Below, piece by piece: positions 6,956-16,300 of a stretch of DNA of 48,363 bases. The position numbers and the translations under genes were made by a program. The stretch lies in assembly GCA_019310245.1 (NCBI GenBank), contig JAFDER010000001.1, forward strand, positions 1 through 48,363. The letters run 5' to 3'. The stretch's first letter is position 1. Every line of letters begins with the position of its first letter. Source of the stretch: Deltaproteobacteria bacterium. GTDB lineage: Bacteria > Myxococcota_A > Polyangia > DRWM01. The notes beneath the pieces were generated by a model, which saw only the letters and a list, made by a program, of their open reading frames with translations, was not told where the DNA came from and searched no databases.

Positions 6956-7668
6956 CGGTTGTTCTCCACGATCTTCTTCAGACGCATCGTGTCGTTGTGC
7001 ATGTCGATGTTCGTGAACACGTAGTAGACCTCGTCGTACTTCTTGCAGATCTGCACGAGCTCCGTCAGGCTCTCCTCCTCGTAGCGCGACCTGAAGCCGG
7101 CCGGGCCGTTGAGGTGGAAGAACGCGCTCAGCCCCTCCGGGAGGGGCTCGAACTCGAGCGGGTTGACGCAGGGGATGAGGTCGAGGCTCTCGGACACCTT
7201 GAGCACGGTCTTGGGCGCCCAGTTGCCGAGGGCTTCCCAGACGAACGTGAACTTCTCCCTGTCCACCTTCTCGAAGAAGGTCCTCATCTGCTCGAGATGC
7301 GCCCTCGAGGAGTTGAACTCCGGCGGCGTCTGGAACAGGATGAGCTGGGCCTTGAGGTCGATCGCGAGATCGTAAGTCTTTTGGAGGGCCTTTTTCGTGA
7401 TGTCGTTGAGGCGGAAGCCCCCGAACGCCCCCTTGCTACGCGTTCGGGGCAGCTCCTGGTACTTGAGGTTCGGGCTGTCGGGCTCGGTCGTGATGAGGGG
7501 CGAGGCGACGACCACGAACTCGAACCCCGCGGGGGCCTCGGATAGCCATCGCTGCACCGTTCCCTCGCCCGGGAACCGGCTGAGTGTCTGCTGGATCTCC
7601 ACGAGCCGCCACTCCTGGAAGTACTTGGAAGGCGGGATCGGAAAATCCGCACAACCGATCTTGATCAT
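6952..7668 (-). CDS. DUF72 (UPF0759, YecE-like) family protein
   Basis: The sequence MIKIGCADFPIPPSKYFQEW...VEIQQTLSRFP...FEFVVVASPLIT...LILFQTPPEF follows the DUF72 pattern. Start chosen at ATG 7668, because the 18 codons upstream in the track ORF lie in an AT-rich promoter-like stretch. Confidence 0.85.
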   Translation of the reverse strand: MIKIGCADFPIPPSKYFQEWRLVEIQQTLSRFPGEGTVQRWLSEAPAGFEFVVVASPLITTEPDSPNLKYQELPRTRSKGAFGGFRLNDITKKALQKTYDLAIDLKAQLILFQTPPEFNSSRAHLEQMRTFFEKVDREKFTFVWEALGNWAPKTVLKVSESLDLIPCVNPLEFEPLPEGLSAFFHLNGPAGFRSRYEEESLTELVQICKKYDEVYYVFTNIDMHNDTMRLKKIVENNR

Positions 7669-7674
7669 AGCGAC

Positions 7675-7703
7675 ATTATACCCGTATCGTGTTTTATTAC
7701 CAC
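7675..7703 (-). promoter_or_regulatory. promoter candidate with a perfect TATAAT -10 box six nt upstream of the DUF72 ATG (leaderless-type)
   Basis: On the minus strand, TATAAT sits at 7680-7675, followed by GTCGCT and then ATG (7668). The -35 is weak (GTGGTA, 17-nt spacing). Confidence 0.4.
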
Positions 7704-7782
7704 CGTAAAAACACCCCGGCATTCGTCCGTAACCGTCTGATATTGCAGGGAGCTCAAAGGATCGCGACCCTGCTGGGGCCCA

Positions 7783-10218
7783 TCATGCTCCCGGATCGAG
7801 AGGCTCCATCCAGAGCTCCAGCCCGGGCAGCGTCACGTCGGCGGGCCCCGTACCCTCTGGCAGCGTGACCTCGGTGGTGAGAACCTCGAAGATCTCGGCC
7901 TCGAGGCGGAGGATGCAGGGCCCTGGAGGCAGGTCCGTGAGCGTGAAGCCGCCTCCTTTGAAGGAGGCACGCATCACCTTCAGCCCGTCCTTGATCACCG
8001 TCACGGTGAACTCCTCCATGGGCGTGTGGCTCCAGCCGTTCATGACGGTGCCCGAGACTCCTGCCGCAAAGCCCAGCATGAGTGCTGGCTCGTCGTAGGG
8101 GCCCCAGGGATCGTGGACCGAGCGCAGCGTGCGATAGGAGTCGTGGGAGACCTTGATCACCCACTCTGGACCCGGGAGGGCGGGGAATGAGACCATGCCG
8201 TCCGCGTCCGAGCGAACGGCTCGCACCATGGCGGTGGGCCCCGAGCCCGAGGTGACGGTCACGAGGGCGGACTCCACCGGGTAGGACCAGGGACCGAGGA
8301 CGCGGGCCGGGACGCGCTCGCCCTCGGGCTCGAGCACGAGATTCACCTCGAGGCTCGATGTGCCCTCGGCCATCGTGACGATGCGCGATGCCGAGAAGGT
8401 GCCCGGGGACGAGGCGCTGACCTTCACCTCGCCCGCCACGTGCTCCGCCCTGTACGTTCCGTCCGGTCCCACCACGATCGGCTGTGCGAGGAACGTGGAG
8501 GGGCCCTCGATCCACACGAGCGCCCCGTCCACGGGCACGCCTTCGGGATCGAGAACGCGGCCTCCGAGGGTGGAGCCCGTCGCGAGCACCAGGTTCACGG
8601 GCGGCGGCTCCTCACCTGCCTCGAGTGTGATGGGCTGTGACCTGAGGGTGGCATGGGCCGGATGCACGACCACGAGGCTGACCTCGCCCGGCGCGATGCC
8701 GTCGACCAGGAAGCTTCCGTCCGGGCCCGTTCGGCCGCCCCGGCCCTGGCCGCCGCCCAGCTCCTCGAGGCACCCGCATCCTTGCGGCAGCATCGCCTGC
8801 TGCCCGCTCCCTGGCGTGCCGGTCAGACCGGTCGGAAGCTCATCGATGGGAATGGGCGGCACGGGTCCGAGCGTGACGCCGAGCTCGCCGACGGCGAGGA
8901 TGCCGGGTCCCTCGGGCACGAGGGCCGGCAGGTGGATGTCGAGGAACCCCTCGAACAGGGAGGAGGAGAGCTTGCTGGCCTCGTCGACGAAGACCCTGGC
9001 ACCGCTGACGGGCAGGCCCGAGGAATCCGTCACGGTTCCCGTGATGCGCATCGATCTCTCGAGCGTGACCTGCGCCGCGGCAGCCGTTTCCGCGCCAATC
9101 CGGATCAGCGGCAGCCTCCTGCGCAGGAATCCGGCGGCCTGGACCACCACGGCATACGTGCCGGGCGTCAGGCCGGCGACCCGGAAGCGGCCCTTGACGT
9201 CGCTCGTCGAGCAGGAGAGACGCGGCGTGTCGGAACGGCTGGAGACCACCACGCAGGCTCCATCCACGGGAGCCATGGTCGAGCCGTCCTGGATCATGCC
9301 CTCGAGTGCCAGCCCGGGCTTGATGTCGATCGTGGCCCTTGCCTCCTCGCCCTCGGCTACCGTCACGTCCACCTGACGGTACGCCAGGAGCTGGCCCTTG
9401 ACGGCGTCGATCGAGTACGTGCCGGGTACCAGTCTCTCGAAGACGGCGATGCCTCCCCTTGTCGTGATCCCTTCGTGGACGGTCCCCGAGCGACCACCGT
9501 TGAGACGGACCTGCGCTCCTGCCACCGTGAACCCGTTCACCTCGTCCACCTTCTGCACCACCCTGACCAGGAGGCGCCCGAGCTCCACGAGCCGGATCTC
9601 CAGCTCCGGCCCCGGAACCTGGACGCGGCTCATCGTGGTGCCGGCATGTCCTTCCGACGCCACCTCGACGCGGTACGCGCCCGGCGCGAGGCCGCTGGCC
9701 GCGAACCGTCCGCTCCCGTCGGCGGTCATCTCGAGGGGAGGCCTCCAGGGGCTCTGCTTGGTCGGATCCCCGGCGGCCGGCTCCGGGAGGAGGCGGACGC
9801 GGGCGCCCGGACGAGCGCCGGTGCGCGAGGTGACGCGGCCGGCGAGCCCAGAGCTCCTCTCCAGGGCGATGATGTAGGGCCCCGCCCGTCCCCTTCCCCG
9901 CACGGTGGTCGTCGTGGTCGCGGCGAGGCCGGCGCTCGAGGCCAGGATGTGGTGGATGCCTGGTTCGAGCCCAGGAAACCTGAAGACCGTGCCCGGGAGG
10001 ATCTGCGTGCGGGCCCTGAGCCTGCCCTCTCCGCCCTGCTCCGAGTAGAGCGCGAGCTCCACCGGCTCGCGTGCCTGCACGCCGTTCGCGGCCTCGACCC
10101 ACCCCCAGATCTCGATGTGGCCGGCCGGGGCATCCTGGTCCTTGCGGCGGTCGGACGACGTGAGGGCGAGGACCACCCACAGGCCCGTGACGAGCACGGG
10201 GACGAGCCACCTCATCAT
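7783..10218 (-). CDS. large secreted protein with multiple carboxypeptidase-regulatory-like (CarboxypepD_reg) beta-sandwich repeats
   Basis: Repeated segments of the type GRVTSRTGARPGARVRL, GTVTDSSGLPVSGARVFV, GRVLDPEGVPVDGALVWI and ADGSGRFAASGLAPGAYRVEV are present. The N-terminal signal/TM segment is MMRWLVPVLVTGLWVVLAL. Start chosen at the ATG at 10218. Confidence 0.75.
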   Translation of the reverse strand: MMRWLVPVLVTGLWVVLALTSSDRRKDQDAPAGHIEIWGWVEAANGVQAREPVELALYSEQGGEGRLRARTQILPGTVFRFPGLEPGIHHILASSAGLAATTTTTVRGRGRAGPYIIALERSSGLAGRVTSRTGARPGARVRLLPEPAAGDPTKQSPWRPPLEMTADGSGRFAASGLAPGAYRVEVASEGHAGTTMSRVQVPGPELEIRLVELGRLLVRVVQKVDEVNGFTVAGAQVRLNGGRSGTVHEGITTRGGIAVFERLVPGTYSIDAVKGQLLAYRQVDVTVAEGEEARATIDIKPGLALEGMIQDGSTMAPVDGACVVVSSRSDTPRLSCSTSDVKGRFRVAGLTPGTYAVVVQAAGFLRRRLPLIRIGAETAAAAQVTLERSMRITGTVTDSSGLPVSGARVFVDEASKLSSSLFEGFLDIHLPALVPEGPGILAVGELGVTLGPVPPIPIDELPTGLTGTPGSGQQAMLPQGCGCLEELGGGQGRGGRTGPDGSFLVDGIAPGEVSLVVVHPAHATLRSQPITLEAGEEPPPVNLVLATGSTLGGRVLDPEGVPVDGALVWIEGPSTFLAQPIVVGPDGTYRAEHVAGEVKVSASSPGTFSASRIVTMAEGTSSLEVNLVLEPEGERVPARVLGPWSYPVESALVTVTSGSGPTAMVRAVRSDADGMVSFPALPGPEWVIKVSHDSYRTLRSVHDPWGPYDEPALMLGFAAGVSGTVMNGWSHTPMEEFTVTVIKDGLKVMRASFKGGGFTLTDLPPGPCILRLEAEIFEVLTTEVTLPEGTGPADVTLPGLELWMEPLDPGA

Positions 10219-10293
10219 TGAGTCACGCGCTGTCGGACGAGCGGGCATGCCTACTTATCCCGTATGCGGGCCGATCGATCAACTTCCGGTGGT

Positions 10294-10322
10294 TTGACAG
10301 CCCATCGTGCCGCGGATACCCT
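10294..10322 (+). promoter_or_regulatory. sigma70-like promoter candidate (TTGACA-N17-TACCCT)
   Basis: The hexamers and spacer were counted by hand. The -10 box ends 9 nt before ATG 10332, which implies a very short leader or none. Confidence 0.35.
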
Positions 10323-10331
10323 TGGGAGCCG

Positions 10332-10997
10332 ATGACGGTCGACTCCATCATCTCGTGCGCGCTTGCCGCGATGCTCGCGGCCTGCTCGGCGGGCGTGCAT
10401 CCCGTGGATCGTGACCTGGCCGCGCTACGCGCAGGGCTCGTCGGCGGCGATTTCGAAGTGGCCTGGGCCGGCCTGAGCGCCGAGCAGCGCGAGGTCCTCG
10501 ACGCACAGGCGTTCAGGAACGCGCTCGAGAATGACCCGCAGATCGCGGAGGACCTCGTCGCGCTCATCGATCAGGCGCTCGAGGATCCAGGCGTCAGCCT
10601 GAGCGCCCGGATCACGCTCGAGGACGGCAGGGTCGTCGTGATGTCGCTCGTCGAGGGACGCTGGGTTCTGGAGTCGCCCGCGACCACGTTCTACGGCCAG
10701 GCCACGCCACGCGAGGCGCTGGTCTCGTTTCTCGATGCCTTCGAGGCGGAGCGCTGGGACGTCATGGCGGATCTCGTCCCCTCCAAGTACTCCGTGCAGG
10801 ACGATGCCGCGGTGCTCGAGAAGGCCTGGAGCGATCCCGGGGGCAGGGAGGTCATCGAGCGCCTGATCAAGATCATCGACGAGCATCTGTATGACGAGAT
10901 CGAGGTACAGGGCAACCGGGCGTTCCTGCGCCATCCGGAGGGCCAGGTCACCTTCCTGCGCGAGGGGGGCCTGTGGGTGATCCTGGATTTCGACTAG
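10332..10997 (+). CDS. putative lipoprotein, function unknown
   Basis: The signal peptide MTVDSIISCALAAMLAAC has a lipobox-like LAAC. The frame has G/C-rich third positions. I recognise no family. Confidence 0.6.
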   Translation: MTVDSIISCALAAMLAACSAGVHPVDRDLAALRAGLVGGDFEVAWAGLSAEQREVLDAQAFRNALENDPQIAEDLVALIDQALEDPGVSLSARITLEDGRVVVMSLVEGRWVLESPATTFYGQATPREALVSFLDAFEAERWDVMADLVPSKYSVQDDAAVLEKAWSDPGGREVIERLIKIIDEHLYDEIEVQGNRAFLRHPEGQVTFLREGGLWVILDFD

Positions 10998-11028
10998 ACG
11001 GCGTGCCGTCCGCGCCGCGGAGTGAGGC

Positions 11029-12054
11029 ATGGTCACGTACAAGGAAGCGGGGGTGGACATCGAGGCGGGCGATGCTCTCGTGGAGAGGATTCGGCCCCTC
11101 GTTGCGTCCACCTCCATTCCCGAGTTGCTCGGGGACGTGGGTGGATTCTCCGGCCTCGTGAGGCTCCCGGAGGGCATGAGGGATCCAGTTCTGGTCTCGG
11201 GTACCGACGGCGTGGGCACGAAGCTCAAGGTGGCCCAGGTGGCGGGACGACACGACACGGTCGGGATCGATCTCGTCGCCATGGCCGTCAACGACGTCCT
11301 GACCTCCGGGGCACGCCCGCTGTTCTTCCTCGACTACTTCGCCTGCGGCCGCCTCGACGTCGACGTGGCCGAGAAGGTGATCTCCGGTGTCGCGGACGGC
11401 TGCCGCAGGGCGGGATGCGCCCTCGTCGGGGGAGAGACCGCGGAGATGCCGGGGATGTACGAGCCGGGCGAGTACGATCTTGCCGGCTTCGCGGTGGGCG
11501 TGGTGGAACGCTCTCGCATCATCGACGGCAGGAACGTCCGACCCGGCGATGTGGTCGTGGCACTGCCCTCGAGCGGCCTGCACTCGAACGGCTACTCGCT
11601 GGCCCGCAAGGTGCTGTGGGAGGATCCCGGCCGCAGCCTTGACGACGTCCTTGCGGCCGGGACCGGGACTCTCGCGGACGTGCTGCTCGAGCCCACACGC
11701 ATCTACGCATCGGAGGTTGCTGCGCTGCAGCGCACGGCGCGACTCAAGGCCATCGCGCACATCACCGGGGGGGGGATTCCTGGCAATCTCGCGCGGGTGC
11801 TGCCCGCCGGCGCGGCGGCCGTGCTCGATGCCTCGAGCTGGGAACCCCCGGCGGTCTTCGCAGCCCTTGCCGACGCCGGCGTTGCGCGCGAGGAGATGGT
11901 GGGGACCTTCAATCTCGGCATGGGCCTGGCCGTGATCGTCGACGAGGCCGATGCGCATGCCTGCCTCGACGCGCTGGAACGTCTGGGCACCCCGGGATTC
12001 CTGGCAGGTAGGATCACCGAGAGGGGCGACGAGGAGCCTGCGGTCAGGCTGTGA
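11029..12054 (+). CDS. purM: phosphoribosylformylglycinamidine cyclo-ligase (AIR synthetase)
   Basis: The sequence has YKEAGVDIEAGDALVERI, GGFSGL, LVSGTDGVGTKLKVA, DLVAMAVNDVLTSGARPLFFLDY, GCALVGGETAEMPG and GLHSNGYSL. These are canonical PurM motifs. Confidence 0.95.
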   Translation: MVTYKEAGVDIEAGDALVERIRPLVASTSIPELLGDVGGFSGLVRLPEGMRDPVLVSGTDGVGTKLKVAQVAGRHDTVGIDLVAMAVNDVLTSGARPLFFLDYFACGRLDVDVAEKVISGVADGCRRAGCALVGGETAEMPGMYEPGEYDLAGFAVGVVERSRIIDGRNVRPGDVVVALPSSGLHSNGYSLARKVLWEDPGRSLDDVLAAGTGTLADVLLEPTRIYASEVAALQRTARLKAIAHITGGGIPGNLARVLPAGAAAVLDASSWEPPAVFAALADAGVAREEMVGTFNLGMGLAVIVDEADAHACLDALERLGTPGFLAGRITERGDEEPAVRL

Positions 12055-13532
12055 TCGTCAAGGAGCACTTCGACGTCATCGTGGTCGGTGCGGATCTCGC
12101 GCCGCTCCTGGCCTCGGCCCTCCTGTGCAAGAGGGGCTTTCGGGTCCTCGTGGTGGGAGCGGGCGAGCGTGCCGCGGATCCCGTCCCGGCGGTCACGGGG
12201 GAGCTGGAGTCGCCGGTGGCCAGGAGGATCCTCTCGGAGCTCGGCATCGCGCAGATCATCAAGCGCAAGGAGCGACCCGTCGACCCCCTGTTCCAGATCG
12301 TCACGCCCAGGTGTCGCGTTTCCGTTCCCGCCGACCCGCAGCGGTTCCTGTCCGAGTTCGCCCGCGAGATGCCCCGCGAGAAGGAGGCCGCCAGGATGTT
12401 CTACGCGGACCTCGACGAGGCTCTCGAGTCGATCGACGGCGTGCTCGGGAGCGGGGCGGCCCTGCCGCCGCGCGGCTTCATCGAGAGGCAGCGCGTGCGG
12501 AGGCTGCTCTCGTCCTCGCCGTTCGGCCTGGACGGGCTGGGGGGTCGACTGCTCGACGTGCTGGCGGACGCGCCGTTGCTCAGGAGCTGCGTGTTCACTC
12601 ACGTGGTGCCGATGAGCCGACTGGACAGGCGCCAGATCGCGCCCGTTCACGCGGCCCTGATCCATGGCAGGGCCGTGCGACGGCAGGTCGCGATCGATGG
12701 CGGCATCCGCGCGCTCAGCGAGATCCTCCTGCAAAGGATCACGACCTCGCGCGGAGAGGCGAAGCTCTCGGACCGTCTCGAGGAAGTGGTGGTGCGAGGG
12801 GGGCGTGTGGCGCAGGTCAAGCTCGCCGGGCAGGAGAGCGCAACCGGTTGTGACTTTCTCGTTGCAGGCGTGGAGATGTCGTCGATCGTCCCGCTCCTGC
12901 GCCGGGACGGCAGGCGCGTCGACGAGAGCCCGGTCCAGGGCCGCGATCTGGACACGACGGCGTACCTCGCCACGATGCGTCTCGTTCTCCGGGACGAGGT
13001 CTTTCCCGAACCCATGGCGCGGCTCGTCCACGTCCTGTTCGACGAGGGCAAGCCGCCCATCGAGGCGAATCTCGCCGTGCTCGAGCGCGGGTCCGTCGAG
13101 GGCGGTGGGGAGGGCCTGTGGGTGTCCTTCCTCGTGGACGGCAGGCGCACGCGCGAGGATCCGCGCACCGTGGACCACGTCGCGGCCAGGGTCCGGCGGA
13201 GGCTGTGCAGGGTGGTTCCCTTCATCGACGACTTCGTCCGCGAGGTGCGCGGCCCCCTTGACGGCGTCCGCGCCGAGGAACGCGAGCAGGATCCGGCCCG
13301 GGTGCTCGCCCGCCATCTCAAGCCCGTGTACCACCTTCCGGATCCGGGGCCGTGGGGCGCGTGCGGGCTGGGCTATTCGAGCCGCATCCGCAACCTCATC
13401 GTCTGCTCCCGTCAGGTTCTGCCCGGGCTGGGCGCAGAGGGTCCGTGGATGGCGGCGTGGGGGGCCGCAGGGCTCATCGCGGGCCGCGATCCTGGCAAGG
13501 CACGGTGGAAATCGAGGATGAAGCGGCTGTGA
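12051..13532 (+). CDS. FAD/NAD(P)-binding-fold protein (phytoene desaturase/amine-oxidase-like) with a degenerate dinucleotide motif
   Basis: The N-terminus FDVIVVGADLAPLLASALLCKRGFRVLVV has Rossmann beta-alpha-beta spacing, but GxGxxG reads G-A-D-L-A-P. Its GTG start overlaps the purM stop (GTGA). The 493-aa length fits the CrtI-like family. Confidence 0.6.
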   Translation: MIVKEHFDVIVVGADLAPLLASALLCKRGFRVLVVGAGERAADPVPAVTGELESPVARRILSELGIAQIIKRKERPVDPLFQIVTPRCRVSVPADPQRFLSEFAREMPREKEAARMFYADLDEALESIDGVLGSGAALPPRGFIERQRVRRLLSSSPFGLDGLGGRLLDVLADAPLLRSCVFTHVVPMSRLDRRQIAPVHAALIHGRAVRRQVAIDGGIRALSEILLQRITTSRGEAKLSDRLEEVVVRGGRVAQVKLAGQESATGCDFLVAGVEMSSIVPLLRRDGRRVDESPVQGRDLDTTAYLATMRLVLRDEVFPEPMARLVHVLFDEGKPPIEANLAVLERGSVEGGGEGLWVSFLVDGRRTREDPRTVDHVAARVRRRLCRVVPFIDDFVREVRGPLDGVRAEEREQDPARVLARHLKPVYHLPDPGPWGACGLGYSSRIRNLIVCSRQVLPGLGAEGPWMAAWGAAGLIAGRDPGKARWKSRMKRL

Positions 13533-14912
13533 TCAGAACTCGATGACGAGATCGTCGCTCCGCCGGTCCTCGAGGTTCCGCGCCTCGGCCCTCATCTCCT
13601 CGAACCCCCGTCGTCCGAGCAGTCCGCACGCGAGCTTCTTTCCCTGCTCGACGCCGGGCTGGTCGTAGGGGTTGACCCCGTAGAGGGAGCCGGCGATCGC
13701 GGTCGCCACCTCGAGGAGGAAGAACAGCGCCCCCATGCTCGCGGGTGACGTGTCGTCCACCGTCAGCGTGATCGAGGGCGTGCCCGCGCGTGCCAGGCTC
13801 ATCGCCGTGCCCCGCCGCTCGGCGTCGATGAGCGTTGCGAGCGGCAGGCCGGCGAGATAGCCGAACGATGGAAGGTCCTCGAACAGTGCCGGCACCGTCA
13901 CCTCGCGGCGCGATCGGACGTCGAGGAAGACGACGAACTTGTCCGGCGGGCCCTGGACGAGGAGCTGGAGGAGCGAGTGCTGGTCCGTCGCACCCCGCGC
14001 GTCGAGCGGTGTGGGGCCGGCGGGAGGCCCGCCGGCGCGCGGCTTGCCCAGGCTCTCCGCCCATATCTGCCGGAACCACGCTCCCACGGGAGCCAGGCGG
14101 TCCGAGTACGTCATGAACACGTGCACGTTGCGTCCCTCGCGCACGTCCGCCAGGTGGGCGATGGCAGCGAGCAGGGCGGCGGGGTTGTCGGCCAGAGGCG
14201 CATCGAGGCATGCAGCGGCCACCCGCCGCGCCCCGGCAATGAGTGCCGCGGGATCGAGCCCTGCCGCGGCCGTGGGCACGAGGCCGACGGGCGAGAGCAC
14301 GGAGAATCGGCCCCCCACGTCCGGAGGCACGGAAAAGGTGCGGACCCCGAGCCTGCCCGCAAGAGCACGCAGGTCCCCTCGCTCGGGATCCGTGATGAAG
14401 ACGAAGTGATCGCGGGCGCTCTCGCCAAGAACCTCGCTCGCCCTGGCCCAGGCGATGAGCAGCTGGCTGGCTGTCTCTGCGGTGGAACCGCTCTTCGTGA
14501 TGACGATGTAGAGCGTCGTGGCGGGATCGAGGCCCTCGAGGATCGAGCCGACCGTGTCGGGGTCCGAGTTGTCGAGGAAGTGAAGGAGGCGGCTCCTCTC
14601 GTCTCCGGGTGCGGGCCGCAGAACGTGCGGGTGGCGCGCGGCGTGGTAGACGGCGAGCGGTCCGAGGCTCGAGCCGCCGATGCCCAGGACTGCCACGTCG
14701 CGCAGGCCCTCCGGGAGCGAGCGGGCGAACGCAGCCGCCTCCGCGGCCGGTCCGTCCTCGAACGGGAGTCCCACCCAGCCCTTGAGCGGGCCGCCCGCCC
14801 GGAGATCCGCGAGGCATCGATCGACGCGCTCACCGAGGGGAGCGATCTCGCGCATGCCCGCGCAGGGTGCCAGGGATTCGTTCATCGCGTAGTTGAGATC
14901 GAGGCTCAGCAT
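13533..14912 (-). CDS. pgi: glucose-6-phosphate isomerase
   Basis: The sequence has VLGIGGSSLGP, VITKSGSTAET and SVLSPVGLVP, with a C-terminal FGVNPYDQPGVEQGK-type motif (YGVNPYDQPGVEQGKK). Start chosen at MLSLDLNYAM (14912), by analogy with the FDYSKA-type N-termini of short PGIs. Confidence 0.9.
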   Translation of the reverse strand: MLSLDLNYAMNESLAPCAGMREIAPLGERVDRCLADLRAGGPLKGWVGLPFEDGPAAEAAAFARSLPEGLRDVAVLGIGGSSLGPLAVYHAARHPHVLRPAPGDERSRLLHFLDNSDPDTVGSILEGLDPATTLYIVITKSGSTAETASQLLIAWARASEVLGESARDHFVFITDPERGDLRALAGRLGVRTFSVPPDVGGRFSVLSPVGLVPTAAAGLDPAALIAGARRVAAACLDAPLADNPAALLAAIAHLADVREGRNVHVFMTYSDRLAPVGAWFRQIWAESLGKPRAGGPPAGPTPLDARGATDQHSLLQLLVQGPPDKFVVFLDVRSRREVTVPALFEDLPSFGYLAGLPLATLIDAERRGTAMSLARAGTPSITLTVDDTSPASMGALFFLLEVATAIAGSLYGVNPYDQPGVEQGKKLACGLLGRRGFEEMRAEARNLEDRRSDDLVIEF

Positions 14913-15096
14913 GTGGTGTCCTGTGGCTTGTCCGGTACACATATCACCGGGGCTGCGCGCCGTACAGCCGGTATCATTCCCCAGCTTGGCGATCACATTG
15001 ACTTTTTTCGGGGAGGCGTTCAGATTGGCCCTTTACATCGGTCGAGTATCCAGGTTTCAATAGTAGCGTTCGGCAATACGAAGGAGGATTCCCAAA

Positions 15097-16272
15097 GTGG
15101 CAGACGACAAGAAGAAGCCTGCTGGCGCGGACATCGATGATCTCAAGGCCCGCCTCGGGCTGAAGAAGCCCGGCGCGGGGGGAGCCCAGCCTGCAGCGCC
15201 CGCGCCTCCCGGTTTCGGGCCCCCGCCAGGCATGGGAGCGCCTCCCGGGGTTGCACCCGGCGGTGCGCCGCCCCCGGCCTTCATGCAGCAGCCCCAGAAA
15301 CCGGTGGACGTCACCAAGGATCCCTTTGCACCCCAGCTGGGAGTCGAGGTGCAGAGACCCTCGCTCGTGGGCGAGACACGGCCGTCTCTCGAGACGGTCA
15401 GCGCCGAGGATCAGAAGGCCTCCGCCAAGCGCAACGCGCTCATCACCGCGGTCGTGGCCATCATGTGCATCGCGGTGGGCTTCGGCATCGGCTCGATGCT
15501 GGGCAACGGGTGCTCCCAGCGCAAGCTCCGCCAACTTGCCGTGGCAGACGGCAGCGATCTCTACGGCCTCGTGCAGAACGGATCCAAGAAGCTGGCCGAG
15601 ATGAAGAAGGCCGTCGTCGCGTCCCGGGGCAAGGCGGCGAAGATGGAGTTCGACGCCGCGTCCATTGCGAAGCTCAAGGACCACACGAAGAAGGACAACC
15701 CGCCGCCCATGGGCCTGAGCGAGGTCGCCAAGCGCAACTACCAGATCTACACGGGCGAGACGGTTCCTGTCCTCTTCACGTACACGAGCAGCTGGCAGGA
15801 GCTCTACAGGCTCGTGCGCCAGCACGTGGCGCGCAGCGAAAACGACAGGAAGGCCCTCAAGGCGTGGAAGGGCAAGTTCGAGAAGGTTGCCAGCAGCAAC
15901 TACGGCATCATCCTCTCCAAGGAGCCCTTCGGAGAGGAGGCCCAGGCCCTGGTGGGCAACCTCGTGCTCGTGACCCAGCCGTTCGACCCGAGCGTCATGG
16001 AGTACCAGATCCAGTTCGACGTGGGCACGCCGGTGTCCGAGGACTTCAAGCCCGCCGTCTACCTGGAGGGCTCGGGCGACATCGCGGAGGAGCCGGCGAA
16101 GTGGATCATGCCGCTCGGCAACCTCTCGAAGCTGCGCCTCGAGGAGAAGGCCAAGAAGCGCTTTGAGTCGTACAACGTACGTCTCATGGACATCTTCGAC
16201 CTCATCGAGGCCATGGAGAAGAACCAGCAGTTCCTGATCAACCAGCTCGGAACCATCGCTGCCGAGATGTGA
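15097..16272 (+). CDS. hypothetical membrane protein with a Pro/Gly-rich N-terminus and one TM segment
   Basis: The GTG start is preceded by AGGAGG. The sequence has MADDKKKPAGADIDDLKARLGLKK, a PPGxxPP-rich stretch and the TM segment ALITAVVAIMCIAVGFGIGSMLG. I recognise no family. Confidence 0.65.
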   Translation: MADDKKKPAGADIDDLKARLGLKKPGAGGAQPAAPAPPGFGPPPGMGAPPGVAPGGAPPPAFMQQPQKPVDVTKDPFAPQLGVEVQRPSLVGETRPSLETVSAEDQKASAKRNALITAVVAIMCIAVGFGIGSMLGNGCSQRKLRQLAVADGSDLYGLVQNGSKKLAEMKKAVVASRGKAAKMEFDAASIAKLKDHTKKDNPPPMGLSEVAKRNYQIYTGETVPVLFTYTSSWQELYRLVRQHVARSENDRKALKAWKGKFEKVASSNYGIILSKEPFGEEAQALVGNLVLVTQPFDPSVMEYQIQFDVGTPVSEDFKPAVYLEGSGDIAEEPAKWIMPLGNLSKLRLEEKAKKRFESYNVRLMDIFDLIEAMEKNQQFLINQLGTIAAEM

Positions 16273-16300
16273 GAGCTTCCGGAGCCTGGAGCCCCTGGCA

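Noticed and set aside
6487-7545. ORFs that start in or run through the intergenic repeats, for example 6730..7545 (+), 6487..6747 (-), 6737..6955 (+), 18008..18883 (+), 18069..18635 (-) and 42918..43106 (+). Their similar peptides include SLSKGLSKG, GSGQAQGHGR and MVPSTPRP.TPWSPGE.
   Set aside because: The similarity comes from the nucleotide repeat itself, and different copies are read in different frames and orientations. They have no start context or SD. They look like repeat-derived pseudo-ORFs rather than a small-protein family.
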